From Octopus vulgaris (lineage: Eukaryota): a DNA stretch of 64,000 nt. The stretch spans positions 21,328,001-21,392,000 of the forward strand of contig OX597824.1 in NCBI GenBank assembly GCA_951406725.2, given 5' to 3'. The position numbers were made by a program, and so were the translations under genes. Below the pieces are notes generated by a model. The model did no database searches. It had not been told where the DNA came from and saw only the letters and a program-made list of their open reading frames with translations. Below are positions 63,740 to 64,000 of the stretch, in pieces; the stretch's first letter is position 1; each line of letters starts with the position of its first letter.

Positions 63740-64000
63740 CTAGCAGTATTGTCCGACATTGCTCGGGTTTGTTTCGACCCTTTAGAATTGGAAGTTTTGA
63801 AAAGTAAAACTTTTGCATTATGTAGCTTGTTATTCTCTTTAAGTGAACATTTTTCTGGTTGAAATACACCTAAAAATGGCGACACAGCAGTAAAAAAATC
63901 ATAAAAAATAGGGATTTTCATAGAAAAAAAGCACCTTTTTGATGTAAATAATTTTTGGTGTTAACATGGTCCGATTTGAATATTTTCATCTACGGAGGGA
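63740..64000 (-). mobile_element. Non-autonomous Helitron (same family as 443-794), runs off the window
   Basis: Reverse complement of 560-794, including the CTAG end. Confidence 0.75.

Overview
AT-rich, repeat-saturated eukaryotic DNA. The repeat families match those I recall from Octopus (coleoid cephalopod) genomes; this species call is an inference, not a database result. The window is probably intronic or intergenic: no convincing host CDS is present, and nearly all track ORFs are microsatellite or SINE artefacts. Content: three abundant tRNA-headed SINE groups (my labels A, B, C); an RTE-type 3' repeat family (label D) with tandem ~55-70 nt structured units and (GAT)n tails; CR1/L2-type, RTE and R4/Dong-type LINE remnants; Penelope-like element (PLE) termini carrying minimal hammerhead ribozyme motifs; Helitron, hAT, Tc1/mariner, Tigger and piggyBac-type MITEs; a tRNA-Phe fragment; two minisatellites; and many microsatellites. 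The most interesting signals are all RNA-structural: (1) tandem arrays of a putative compact H-type pseudoknot in family D; (2) PLE hammerheads, including an inverted pair and a recurrent non-canonical CUGUNGA core; (3) SINE-B multimers that always join through the same GAAATA-RG-TATTTC hairpin junction; (4) a 3' stem-loop module shared by two LINEs, SINE-A and a tRNA-Phe-headed element. All structures were inferred by eye, and repeat boundaries are approximate.
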